This document shows, in pieces, positions 56,093 through 64,000 of a stretch of DNA of 64,000 nucleotides. The stretch lies in the IMG/VR virus record IMGVR_UViG_3300005663_000003, positions 22,672 to 86,671 of that record; one strand, given 5' to 3'. A program made the position numbers and the translations under genes. Source of the DNA: a virus. Position 1 is the stretch's first letter, and each line of letters begins with the position of its first letter. The notes beneath the pieces were generated by a model. That model searched no databases, was not told the DNA's origin, and saw only the letters and a list, made by a program, of their open reading frames with translations.

Positions 56093-56556
56093 GCGAGCTA
56101 CTCGACGCCCTGCACAAAGCGGGCGACAAGGTCATCGACGGCAAGGCCCCCGAGCTGATCGCCGACCTGCTGGTCGACGGTGAGGCGCTGGCCGAGAAAC
56201 ACCTGACCGGTGACCTCGAACCACTACGCGGCCCGGCCCTCGACGCCATCGAAGTCCTCAAGGACGACAAGGTGGTGAGCGCGGTGGCGAGTCTGACGAA
56301 GGCGGGATTCGCCCGCGTCATCGGACTGTTCGAGAGCGGCGACAAGCACGGAGCGAGGCGCGTTTACATGGCGACCGAGGCCACCGCGCAAGAGCGTATC
56401 GACTTCCAGAACGCGAGCGGCGATGCTGCCGTGCTCCTGTTCGACAAGCGAGCGCGCGAATGGGAGGCCCTCGTCGAAGCGTTCACCCGCATCGGGAAGA
56501 TCGCCCTCAAGGCACTCGGCGCCGTGGTGCTCGGGCTCATCGGAGTCAAGCTCTAA
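56089..56556 (+). CDS. Helical protein with hydrophobic C-terminus
   Basis: GTG 56089, SD GAGGAGG; ends IALKALGAVVLGLIGVKL. Confidence 0.6.
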   Translation: MSELLDALHKAGDKVIDGKAPELIADLLVDGEALAEKHLTGDLEPLRGPALDAIEVLKDDKVVSAVASLTKAGFARVIGLFESGDKHGARRVYMATEATAQERIDFQNASGDAAVLLFDKRAREWEALVEAFTRIGKIALKALGAVVLGLIGVKL

Positions 56557-56583
56557 ACCAGATTCGTGTGTGTGTTTTCCGGT

Positions 56584-56624
56584 GGAGGCCCGGCCAGCTC
56601 GTCGCTGGATCGGGCCTTCGCTTT
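56584..56624 (+). terminator. Probable terminator
   Basis: GGAGGCCCG.CCAGC / GCTGG..CGGGCCTTC stem then GCTTT. Confidence 0.55.
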
Positions 56625-56688
56625 GTCGTCGCGCCTTGTTATGTTAGCCGTGTTGACACGGATAGCACCAAGCCGAACAGGAGACAAC

Positions 56689-56925
56689 ATGCCCCGCTTC
56701 TTCGTGGTCCACGGATACTCAAGCCCCGATAACTACGCGAAGAACGGCGGCCCCGTTCTGGAGATCACCGAGGCCGAGACGCCATCGATGGTCGCGAACC
56801 TGAGGTTCGAACACGAGCAGTGCATCAGCCATCGCGAGGCGAACCAGGGAGTCTTCCGAGTCTTCGAGCGCGAGCGGTTCATGGTCGAGAAGGAGCGCGT
56901 GACCGAGTGGGAGCTGAAGGCTTGA
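56689..56925 (+). CDS. Hypothetical protein
   Basis: SD CAGGAG, ATG 56689. Confidence 0.6.
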   Translation: MPRFFVVHGYSSPDNYAKNGGPVLEITEAETPSMVANLRFEHEQCISHREANQGVFRVFERERFMVEKERVTEWELKA

Positions 56926-57317
56926 CCCGACTACGCGACGACGAACTAGAGCGACTCGCGGTCAGCCGACAGCGGCGCATCAGTTCGATGGCGACCGAGC
57001 TGCTCCAGGCTCGCGAGCGCGGACTGATGCCCACGGTCGACCTCGCCACCGAGCTACTAGTGAACCGCATCCCCGTCGAGATGAAGGACGGCACCTACGT
57101 CGCCATCCCCGAGGCGGCCCTCCACGTCTGCGCGTGGACTCCCGAGGAAGGCGGAAAGGGGAAGACGACGCAGGTGCATCTTCAGTTCGAGGCGGGCGAG
57201 GGCGTGAGCTTCGTCCACCGGATGAAGAGTGGGCCCGCCGTCGATCAGCTCATCATCCTGCTAGCCGAATACAGGGCCGAGGTCTGGCCTCAATACAGGG
57301 GAGTCAGAGTCAGGTGA
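56922..57317 (+). CDS. Hypothetical protein
   Basis: TTG start overlapping previous stop. Confidence 0.55.
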   Translation: MTRLRDDELERLAVSRQRRISSMATELLQARERGLMPTVDLATELLVNRIPVEMKDGTYVAIPEAALHVCAWTPEEGGKGKTTQVHLQFEAGEGVSFVHRMKSGPAVDQLIILLAEYRAEVWPQYRGVRVR

Positions 57318-57319
57318 TG

Positions 57320-57685
57320 CTAGGCTTGACGAGCCCGGCCCGCACTGCTCTGCCAGGCGTCCATCGTCTCTGGGTGGTCCACGATCAGAGACCGCGTCGA
57401 CCCGAGGGTGGCATCGCCACGAACCGGCGTCACCGAGATGATCAGGCGCTGCTTGCCAGGCGCGAGCGTATCGATGACCGGGACGATGCTGATGGTGTAG
57501 AGGTCTTGGACATCGACGCCACCGCTTTCGTCGGCGTCGGCCAGGACGGTGATGGCAGCCTCGCCGTCCGCCCCAACCGCGAGCGGCGCCTCAGCCGTCG
57601 GCGTCTCGGCGCCCGTGAAGGTCAGGGCGATGGGGGTATCGTTGATGGTGATGACCTTCTCGCGGTCGTAGTTCTTGTCGCCCAT
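57320..57685 (-). CDS. Solitary reverse-strand acidic beta-rich protein
   Basis: SD GAGGAG; own -10 TATGCT at 57722-57717 on the minus strand. Confidence 0.7.
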   Translation of the reverse strand: MGDKNYDREKVITINDTPIALTFTGAETPTAEAPLAVGADGEAAITVLADADESGGVDVQDLYTISIVPVIDTLAPGKQRLIISVTPVRGDATLGSTRSLIVDHPETMDAWQSSAGRARQA

Positions 57686-57758
57686 GGCTTCTCCTCAGGG
57701 GGTTGGTTCTCCACAGAGCATACGACCTGGGGGAGACTTGGGCGACCAGTGAGGCGTT

Positions 57759-57896
57759 GTGGCTGATCTGTTCCCCGACATCGAGATGACCCGGTCGGCA
57801 GAGTTCAGCCCATGTGGGGTCTACCGATACAGCCTCACCCGCGTCTGGGACGTGGAGCTGGAGTTCCAGGAGCGGCACAAGGAGTGCAAGGCATGA
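57759..57896 (+). pseudogene. Truncated DUF1643-like remnant (not in ORF track)
   Basis: SAEFSPCGVYRYSLTRVWD matches the DUF1643 N-terminus but the ORF stops at 45 aa. Confidence 0.55.
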
Positions 57897-58351
57897 GCAA
57901 AGATGCGGGGCGGTGGCTGATCCTCCACGCGCCCAACTACGTGGTGAAGCACGTCGCCGAGCTGGCCGAGTCGAAGGCTGGCACCGAGGAGCTGCGCGCC
58001 GTGCTCGCCTCGGTCGCCAAGGAGCGGACCGAGCTGCGCGGCAAGTTAAAGGAGAGGGGCGCGCGGTGCAGATGCTGCGGTGGATTCGCTCAACCCGCCG
58101 AGTGTTCTACCTGCGCCAGTGGCGAACACGGTTACCCAGGGTGCAAGACCCAGCCCGATCCGCAGGCCGCCATCAGGAAGGTCATCGAGGAGAACGTCGA
58201 CGAGGCTGTCGAGATGGTTTGGAACGCCCACAAGGATCGCGACGAGCTGCGCGCCGAGGTCGAGAAGCTGAAGGCCGGGAAGCCGACCTGCGCCGAGTGC
58301 TGCTTCGTGGTCACGATCGCCTGCGAAACCTGTGGGGCGAAGAAGCCGTGA
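57893..58351 (+). CDS. Zn-finger/coiled-coil protein
   Basis: SD AAGGAG; several CxxC. Confidence 0.6.
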   Translation: MSKDAGRWLILHAPNYVVKHVAELAESKAGTEELRAVLASVAKERTELRGKLKERGARCRCCGGFAQPAECSTCASGEHGYPGCKTQPDPQAAIRKVIEENVDEAVEMVWNAHKDRDELRAEVEKLKAGKPTCAECCFVVTIACETCGAKKP

Positions 58352-58641
58352 GCGCGCTCACCGATGCTACGGCCCACGAGGCCCGGTCTATCCCGTTGGT
58401 CGGTTGCTCGGTGTGCGACCTCAAGCCCGGCGACTGCACCCGGCCGACTCAGTGCCGGAAGAAGCAGTGCGACGTCCTCGGCTGCGTCCAGCCGAAGGAC
58501 CCCGAATACACCAGAGGCGCGATCGTGGGCGAGTGGACCTGGTGCAGGACTCACGGCCAGCTCTACAGGAATCAGACGGCCCACCACCGCGCGGCGGCCA
58601 AGCTGCTCGACGGCGCCGAGCGCCACGGTGTCGTGCTGTGA
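58348..58641 (+). CDS. Cys-rich protein
   Basis: GTGA overlap. Confidence 0.55.
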   Translation: MSALTDATAHEARSIPLVGCSVCDLKPGDCTRPTQCRKKQCDVLGCVQPKDPEYTRGAIVGEWTWCRTHGQLYRNQTAHHRAAAKLLDGAERHGVVL

Positions 58642-58961
58642 GGAAGCCGAGGAAGGCACGGGGGCGCCTGCTCTCCAAGAGAACCCGAGAAGCTCTTGCG
58701 AGTCCCTCACTCTGGGTCGTCGTCGCCCCCTATTGTTGTAGCGAAGACTCCTTCGCCGACGAGACGACCATCAGCCATTCCCAATCGAGGGCCATCACCA
58801 AAGGCGTCAACCGGTGGTGCGATCGGACAGACCAGCCCGACCTCTGCAACGTCCTCCCCTGGAAGCTCGAACGCGATCACGCATGGTCACGCGCTCGCGC
58901 GTGGCGCCAGCTCTACCGCAAGGGGTTCAGATGCATCCGAGTAAAGCTGGCTCCACGGTGA
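58638..58961 (+). CDS. Hypothetical protein
   Basis: GTGA overlap. Confidence 0.5.
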   Translation: MRKPRKARGRLLSKRTREALASPSLWVVVAPYCCSEDSFADETTISHSQSRAITKGVNRWCDRTDQPDLCNVLPWKLERDHAWSRARAWRQLYRKGFRCIRVKLAPR

Positions 58962-59416
58962 CCGATCCGAACGAGGAGATGGCGCAGAGGATCAAGACGC
59001 TTGGGGAGTTGGGCCTGAAGATCGTGGACACCTACCATGGCGGGGAGGGGGACCGCGCTGCGATGCAGAATCGAATACGAGGGGCTACAGTTCGAAATCG
59101 AAACCGACCTGCTGGCCGCCGGGCTTCCATGTCTGAAGGAGCTAATGAAGTGAGCGAGCCCGAGCGCGTTCCGCTCGAAGTCCTCAAGAAACACCAGGCG
59201 TTCATCGAGCGCACCGGTCCCAAGAGCTGGAGCGCTGTTCAGTGCGTCACCACCGGGCAGACGAACCAGCTCGTCGACGAGGTCATCGAGCTGCGCGAGG
59301 AGGTCGAGAATCTGCTCGCGTGGATTCGCGGGAACCACCGCGACGTGTCGCCGAAACAGATATGCCTTTGCTGGCCCTGCCGAAACTACCCGCCCAAGAG
59401 AAAGGGGAAGGCGTGA
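58958..59416 (+). CDS. Hypothetical protein
   Basis: GTGA overlap; possible internal start at 59150. Confidence 0.5.
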   Translation: MTDPNEEMAQRIKTLGELGLKIVDTYHGGEGDRAAMQNRIRGATVRNRNRPAGRRASMSEGANEVSEPERVPLEVLKKHQAFIERTGPKSWSAVQCVTTGQTNQLVDEVIELREEVENLLAWIRGNHRDVSPKQICLCWPCRNYPPKRKGKA

Positions 59417-59691
59417 CCGAGCTGGAGAACGGGATGCACATCGTCGAAGCCGAGCCCTCGACGCTGGCCCCTTACCCCGTGGAGTTCTGCGAGATGTGCG
59501 GACACCCGATGCCCGAGGGATGCATCGGTCGGTGCGCCGACTGCCCGAGCCTCGATGAGCAACGGCGGTGGGAGTGGGAGGACTTCTACGCCTGGGGTGG
59601 CTGGCGCCGAGCGTTCGGGGAATACACCGATGAGGAGTGGGAGAGCGCCGACAATTCACGAACCGTCTGCGGATTTGGGAGGAGCCTATGA
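59413..59691 (+). CDS. Zn-finger acidic protein
   Basis: CEMC...CADC. Confidence 0.55.
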   Translation: MTELENGMHIVEAEPSTLAPYPVEFCEMCGHPMPEGCIGRCADCPSLDEQRRWEWEDFYAWGGWRRAFGEYTDEEWESADNSRTVCGFGRSL

Positions 59692-59961
59692 CGAAGACCG
59701 TGGGCGGGCGCGTCCCGTTCGAGCCCGGCACGAAGGTGTGGGACAAGCTCACGAACCAGGGCCCGTGGATGATCGTCGAGGATGACGGCGGCGAAACGGT
59801 GAAGGTTTACACCGGGGGCTGACGGCGGCGAAACGGTGAAGGTTTACACCGGGGGCTGGGGCGACTTCAAGAAACACCAGACCGCCTACTCTTCGGACGC
59901 CTACGCCTCTTGCCTCACAACCAAACGCCCCCGCCGTTGGTGGCTTCTCTGGATCGCCTGA
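59688..59961 (+). pseudogene. Small gene frameshifted by a 37-bp tandem duplication
   Basis: Removing one copy restores a 78-aa ORF whose TGA overlaps the next ATG. Confidence 0.7.
59784..59857. repeat. Perfect 37-bp tandem duplication
   Basis: GACGGCGGCGAAACGGTGAAGGTTTACACCGGGGGCT x2. Confidence 0.97.
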
Positions 59962-60320
59962 TGGGCTGGGCCTACTGCGGTGAGGATGACCTGGGCCGAC
60001 CGATCGGCTACTGCGCTGAGGCGTGCTGCGACTTCGAGAACTGCTACGCCGTCATCGATCGCGGTCTTTCCTACGCCTGCGGTGGGATGCACGGCGACGT
60101 GGGCGCCGAGGGGGAGCCCGCCTGTCGCCGCTACTTCTGCGAGCATCACCATCGACGGGATCACCACGACTGCCCGACGGCAGGCGAGCGAGTCTCCTAC
60201 TCCAAGACCATCGAGACCGAGGCGGGGACCGCCATCCTCAAGGGCTACGTCCAGGACGGAACCTTCACCGTTGTCCACATCTCCACCGTCGGCGTGGAGA
60301 ACGAGGAGCCTGATGCCTGA
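59961..60320 (+). CDS. Cys/His-rich phage protein
   Basis: MGW..CG.D..GRPIGY...A.CD...C...IDRGLSY.CGGMH.....C.RYFC..H. Confidence 0.7.
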   Translation: MGWAYCGEDDLGRPIGYCAEACCDFENCYAVIDRGLSYACGGMHGDVGAEGEPACRRYFCEHHHRRDHHDCPTAGERVSYSKTIETEAGTAILKGYVQDGTFTVVHISTVGVENEEPDA

Positions 60321-60753
60321 TCCGAACAAACACGCCGCGCTCGCGGATAGCGGCTTCAAGATTCAACCGACCTGCTCGACGTGTGTGCATTGGTGCCCAC
60401 AGTCGATCGCGCCCGAGTGCCGCTGGGGTGGCTGCGCGTTGAAGCCCTACCACCATGCCAAGCACAGCGAGGAGAAGAAGGTGGGCACCCCGTCCATCGG
60501 TTGGTGCCCCGACTACGGGCAAGACCTCCGCTCGGTTTGCTTCGAGGTCGGAGACGACTACGCCGCGCGCTACGCGGTGAGTGGGCAGGCCGGAGACCTC
60601 GATGGTGAGCCCCTCCCATTCCAGCTCCTCGTCACGAAGTGCACCAGGATCTATTCAGGTCTGCCTCCTGAAGACCGCGAACTGAGCATGGCGATGCTCA
60701 AAGCGTTCAGCTCCACAGTCCGCGAACTCCGGGAGCAGCTCGCCGATGGCTGA
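60313..60753 (+). CDS. Cys-rich hypothetical protein
   Basis: SD GAGGAG; CSTCVHW...WG.C. Confidence 0.6.
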   Translation: MPDPNKHAALADSGFKIQPTCSTCVHWCPQSIAPECRWGGCALKPYHHAKHSEEKKVGTPSIGWCPDYGQDLRSVCFEVGDDYAARYAVSGQAGDLDGEPLPFQLLVTKCTRIYSGLPPEDRELSMAMLKAFSSTVRELREQLADG

Positions 60754-61234
60754 CACTCGGCTCCGTGAACTCGAACGCCGCTCAGCCCAGGGAGACGTGG
60801 CCGCCCATGCCCGCCTCGTCGTCGAAAGGAAGAAGCTGGGCGAGTGGACGGAGCCCGTCCATCTCCAGGGTGGCAAGTCGCACATCGACGCGAGCATCAC
60901 CATCGGCGTGTGCGGCGCGGCCAAATTCGTATACGAGAAGGGAGCGACCGAGCTGACCGCGAACACGATGACGATGTTTGAAGGCACCCCGTCTGGCCGC
61001 CGCTCAATCCTCGTCCTCACGACCGAGCCCGGCCTAGTGACGTGCGGGGGCTGCAAGCGCACCCGGAAGTTCCGGGGCCTGACTCCGTCGGCCGACCCGA
61101 GGAAGATTCACCTACAGAAGTGGCTCCAGCCTCCCCATGAGACCGAGTGCGGCATCGAACACATCCCACCTACGCATCTCACCTGCGACTCGAACCAGGC
61201 GACCTGTAAGCGATGCCTCCGGTGCGCCCTGTGA
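60746..61234 (+). CDS. Zn-finger protein with N-terminal LRELERR motif
   Basis: MADTRLRELERRSAQGD...; two H...CG...TCxxC modules. Confidence 0.65.
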   Translation: MADTRLRELERRSAQGDVAAHARLVVERKKLGEWTEPVHLQGGKSHIDASITIGVCGAAKFVYEKGATELTANTMTMFEGTPSGRRSILVLTTEPGLVTCGGCKRTRKFRGLTPSADPRKIHLQKWLQPPHETECGIEHIPPTHLTCDSNQATCKRCLRCAL

Positions 61235-61266
61235 GCCTCACCTGATCCTCACTTAGCGGCGGGGCG

Positions 61267-61294
61267 TTGACTTGTCCTCACCGGGCTGTAGACT
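61267..61294 (+). promoter_or_regulatory. Promoter of second structural block
   Basis: TTGACT, 16 bp, TAGACT; three CCTCAC boxes nearby. Confidence 0.7.
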
Positions 61295-61317
61295 GAACCT
61301 CAAACGAGGAGAGGCCC

Positions 61318-61638
61318 ATGGGTTTGAGGTTCGTGCGGGTCGGCCAAGGAGCCGACGCGGGACTCGACGAAGTCGTCCGCGCCGTGATGACTTTCGACGA
61401 CCTCTATACCGCTCCGGGTGGCGAGTCGCTCAACGCGCGACAAACTCCGCTCAAGGTTGGGGGGCGCCTCGACTGCATCCAGTTCGAGGCCCACCCCACC
61501 TTCGTCTTCTTCTACAACCGGACGGACGAACGCTCCGGGCAGCTCGTCGTCATGCAGGCGGTCGGCGGTTTGACCGAGGTCCCGAACGACACGGACCTTT
61601 CAGCCGTCTCCGTCAACTGCACCATCAGAGGTAGGTGA
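61318..61638 (+). CDS. Putative capsid decoration protein
   Basis: TFD..Y..GGESL...EV...TDLS...V.....G pattern, 106 aa. Confidence 0.5.
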   Translation: MGLRFVRVGQGADAGLDEVVRAVMTFDDLYTAPGGESLNARQTPLKVGGRLDCIQFEAHPTFVFFYNRTDERSGQLVVMQAVGGLTEVPNDTDLSAVSVNCTIRGR

Positions 61639-61641
61639 CCC

Positions 61642-63480
61642 ATGAGTGATGAGCATCTCGGCGTCGTCGCTGACGCGATCACGGCAGGCGTCGGAGGTAG
61701 CGAAGCCCTCGCACCTACGCTCGTCTTCGGCAACACGACCGGCGAACGCGCGATCGTCCTCAACGGGACGACCGCCGCGCTCCGCACGGTCAACGGCACC
61801 GACGGTGCCGCTCCCCTCGGGGCAACCTTCCGAGGCGGCAACGCAACGGGGGCGGCAGGCGGCGCGGTCGGCAACTTCCTCGGCGGCAACGCGGCCGGTG
61901 TGGGCCAGGCTGGAGGCAACGCCATCCTCCAGGGCGGTGCGCCGACCGACGGCAACGGCGGCAGGGCCAACGTCCAAGGTGCTTCGGGAGTCGGGGCCGA
62001 CCGATCTGGCGGGCTCGTGTCCGTCATCGGTGGCGCGTCGACCGGCGCGGCTGACGGTGCGGCGGCGACGCTCGAAGCCGGAGCCGCTACCGGAGCCGGT
62101 GCCACTGGAATCGGAGGAGCGACAGACGTTCGCGGCGGCATCTCGGTCGACGGCGCGGGAGGCCCGGTCGTCGTAGCGGCGGGTAGTAGCACCGGGCTCG
62201 GGGCCGGTGGTCCCCTCGACGTGCGAGCGGGCGACACGTTCGGCGGGACGGCGGCGGGTGGCGCGGCAGCGTTCCGCGCTGGCAACTCGATCGGCGGTCA
62301 AGGCGGCGCGGCCAGCGTGGTCGGCGGCTCGTCGGGCGGCGCGAACCCCGGAGGCGGGGCGGCTGTCCAAGGTGGAGCCGGGGGCGCAACCTCGGGCGCT
62401 GGCGGACCGGCGAGTGTGACCGGCGGGGCAGCAACGGCTGGCGTCGGTTCCCCTGGCGGCGCGGCGAGTGTGACCGGTGGAGCTGGCTCGATCGACAACG
62501 GCGACGGCGGCGCGGCCTCGGTCACGGGCGGCGCGGCTATCGCCGAAGGTGCTGGCGGCGCGGCGAGCCTGACCGGCGGGGCAGGGTTCCTCACGGGAAG
62601 CGGCGGCGACGCGACCGTCCTCGGCGGCGCACCTGGTGCGACCGGCGTCGGTGGCACGGCGAGCCTCGAAGCAGGCGACGGCGGGGCTACTTCGGGTGCC
62701 GGTGGACAAGCGATCGTCCAAGGCGGCCAGGCCAACGCCGGGGACTCGCCGGGCGGTGCCGTGACCGTGGCGGCTGGTAATGGATCTGGAACTGCGGCCG
62801 GGGGCGCGGCGTCTTTGACCGCAGGGGACGGCGGCTCGACCAGTGGCATAGGAGGTTCGGTTTCTGTCCAAGGGGGCGACGCACAAGGATCGTCCGGTGT
62901 CGGCGGCGCTGCGTCACTGACGGGCGGCGCGTCGACTGCGGCCTCAGTGGGCGGCGGGGCCACGGTGGACGGTGGACCAGCGCCAGGGACAGGCGTTGGC
63001 GGAACGGCATTTGTTCGAGGCGGCACGGCAACCGCCAACGTCGGCGGGCAGGCGGCGCTCATTGGCGGCACGTCGGGCGGCGCTTCCGCTGGCGGAGCGG
63101 CGACGGTCCAGGGTGGTCAAGCTGGATCGACGGGCGTGGGCGGAACCGCGCAGATCGTCGGCGGCAACCCGATCGACGGCGACGGCGGCCAGGTGTTCGT
63201 CACCGGAACGAACGGAGTCGGGACCGACCGCGCGGGCGGCAACGTCACGGTCGTGGCGGGTTCCCCAACCGGCTCGGGCGCAGAAGGCGTCGTGGCGGTC
63301 GGACTGACGGGTGGAGCCACCACTCGCCTCGGGCAAGCCGCCGGGCTCATGGGTCACTTCGGCGTGGCCGCCGTCGCGCGCCCCGACATCGTTGGATCGC
63401 GCGGGGCCAACGTCGCGCTCCTCGACCTTCTCACCAAGGGCGCCCTCCTCGGTCTGTGGACTGACAGCACCGTCGTCTAG
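61642..63480 (+). CDS. Gly-rich repeat fibre protein
   Basis: 612 aa; about 30 GGxA(S/T)(V/L)xGG repeats of 15-17 aa; C-terminal GSRG.N.AL...DSTVV. Confidence 0.8.
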   Translation: MSDEHLGVVADAITAGVGGSEALAPTLVFGNTTGERAIVLNGTTAALRTVNGTDGAAPLGATFRGGNATGAAGGAVGNFLGGNAAGVGQAGGNAILQGGAPTDGNGGRANVQGASGVGADRSGGLVSVIGGASTGAADGAAATLEAGAATGAGATGIGGATDVRGGISVDGAGGPVVVAAGSSTGLGAGGPLDVRAGDTFGGTAAGGAAAFRAGNSIGGQGGAASVVGGSSGGANPGGGAAVQGGAGGATSGAGGPASVTGGAATAGVGSPGGAASVTGGAGSIDNGDGGAASVTGGAAIAEGAGGAASLTGGAGFLTGSGGDATVLGGAPGATGVGGTASLEAGDGGATSGAGGQAIVQGGQANAGDSPGGAVTVAAGNGSGTAAGGAASLTAGDGGSTSGIGGSVSVQGGDAQGSSGVGGAASLTGGASTAASVGGGATVDGGPAPGTGVGGTAFVRGGTATANVGGQAALIGGTSGGASAGGAATVQGGQAGSTGVGGTAQIVGGNPIDGDGGQVFVTGTNGVGTDRAGGNVTVVAGSPTGSGAEGVVAVGLTGGATTRLGQAAGLMGHFGVAAVARPDIVGSRGANVALLDLLTKGALLGLWTDSTVV

Positions 63481-63534
63481 CCCGGGTAGACTAGCGACCC
63501 AAGCAGAGACCAACCATCAGCAGGAGCGAGCCCG

Positions 63535-63807
63535 ATGGACAAGCAGAAGCAGAACAACCGCATCGAAGACATCACCAAGAGGGCAGAGGCGGCAGCCAAG
63601 GCCGCAGCCAACCGCATCGGCGGACTCACCGACGGCCAGGTTCGAAACTGCCTCGGCGTCTTGCCGAAGGACGGGTGGTTCCTCATCAATAACCTGTTCC
63701 ACGGCAGCTCCACTACCTTCAGCGCGGACCTGGTCAAGCCAGCCGCCGAGGTCCAGGTGTTCATCACCGAGCTGCTCAACCACCCGGCCTTCGTAGCCTC
63801 GGCCTAA
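63535..63807 (+). CDS. Hypothetical protein
   Basis: SD CAGGAG; TAGACT -10-like element at 63487. Confidence 0.6.
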   Translation: MDKQKQNNRIEDITKRAEAAAKAAANRIGGLTDGQVRNCLGVLPKDGWFLINNLFHGSSTTFSADLVKPAAEVQVFITELLNHPAFVASA

Positions 63808-63816
63808 CCCGCCACG

Positions 63817-64000
63817 GTGTTCTTCGCCTCCAGGCTCCTCGACGAGCTGCGCGTGATCCGCGACCGCGTCGAGGCGAACCGCTGCATCAAGTGCCGCTGC
63901 CCGCTGCCCTCCCTCGTGCGAATGACCTGCCCGGTCTGTTGCCTCAAGGAACACCCGCGCGTCCCGTGGCCGATCGACAAGTCCTACCGCTGGCGAGCGA
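63817..64000 (+). CDS. Partial Zn-finger ORF running off the window
   Basis: GTG...CIKC...CPVC, no stop before 64000. Confidence 0.4.
   Translation, partial: MFFASRLLDELRVIRDRVEANRCIKCRCPLPSLVRMTCPVCCLKEHPRVPWPIDKSYRWRA

Noticed and set aside
60746-60756. ATGGCTGACAC as another operator copy (also 19043)
   Set aside because: Explained by the start codons Met-Ala-Asp; no adjacent promoter
61642-63480. Collagen or PE-PGRS annotation
   Set aside because: No Gly-X-Y register and no PE domain

Overview
This window is most of a high-GC tailed (siphovirus-type) phage genome, almost entirely on the + strand. 1-32.5 kb: head-tail joining genes, tail tube, a tail assembly chaperone with a GGGAAAG -1 frameshift, a 1177-aa tape measure, tail tip/hub, then a very long run of fibre and decoration genes (three IPT/TIG paralogues, repeat proteins, a BppU-like protein). 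That block contains a methyltransferase-GT2 glycosyltransferase-TPR fusion and two NUMOD4-HNH genes. 33-53.9 kb: early/middle genes behind three near-identical promoters, including small Zn-finger ORFs, an LPD25-like protein, HTH, ParB-like, gp37/gp68 (DUF5131), an HTH replication initiator with internal iterons, a Sak4/AAA_24-like ATPase, a ParB_C-like protein, a DNA methyltransferase, HNH and a YfdP/YfdQ-like pair. 54-56.6 kb: membrane/lipoprotein lysis-like cassette with no recognisable endolysin. 56.7-61.2 kb: small accessory ORFs. 61.3-64 kb: start of another structural block. No terminase, portal, capsid, integrase, polymerase, tRNA or CRISPR array is visible. Best novelty candidates: (i) a ~450-nt pseudoknot-capable RNA with a counter-promoter directly upstream of the initiator, plus two smaller structured intergenic RNAs; (ii) a virion glycosylation/methylation enzyme with candidate Ser/Thr-rich substrates; (iii) three families of regulatory motifs, including promoters with in-frame leaderless and SD-led double starts; (iv) two proteins with an N-terminal motif I associate with Planctomycetota. 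All family names come from motif recognition by eye, not database searches.
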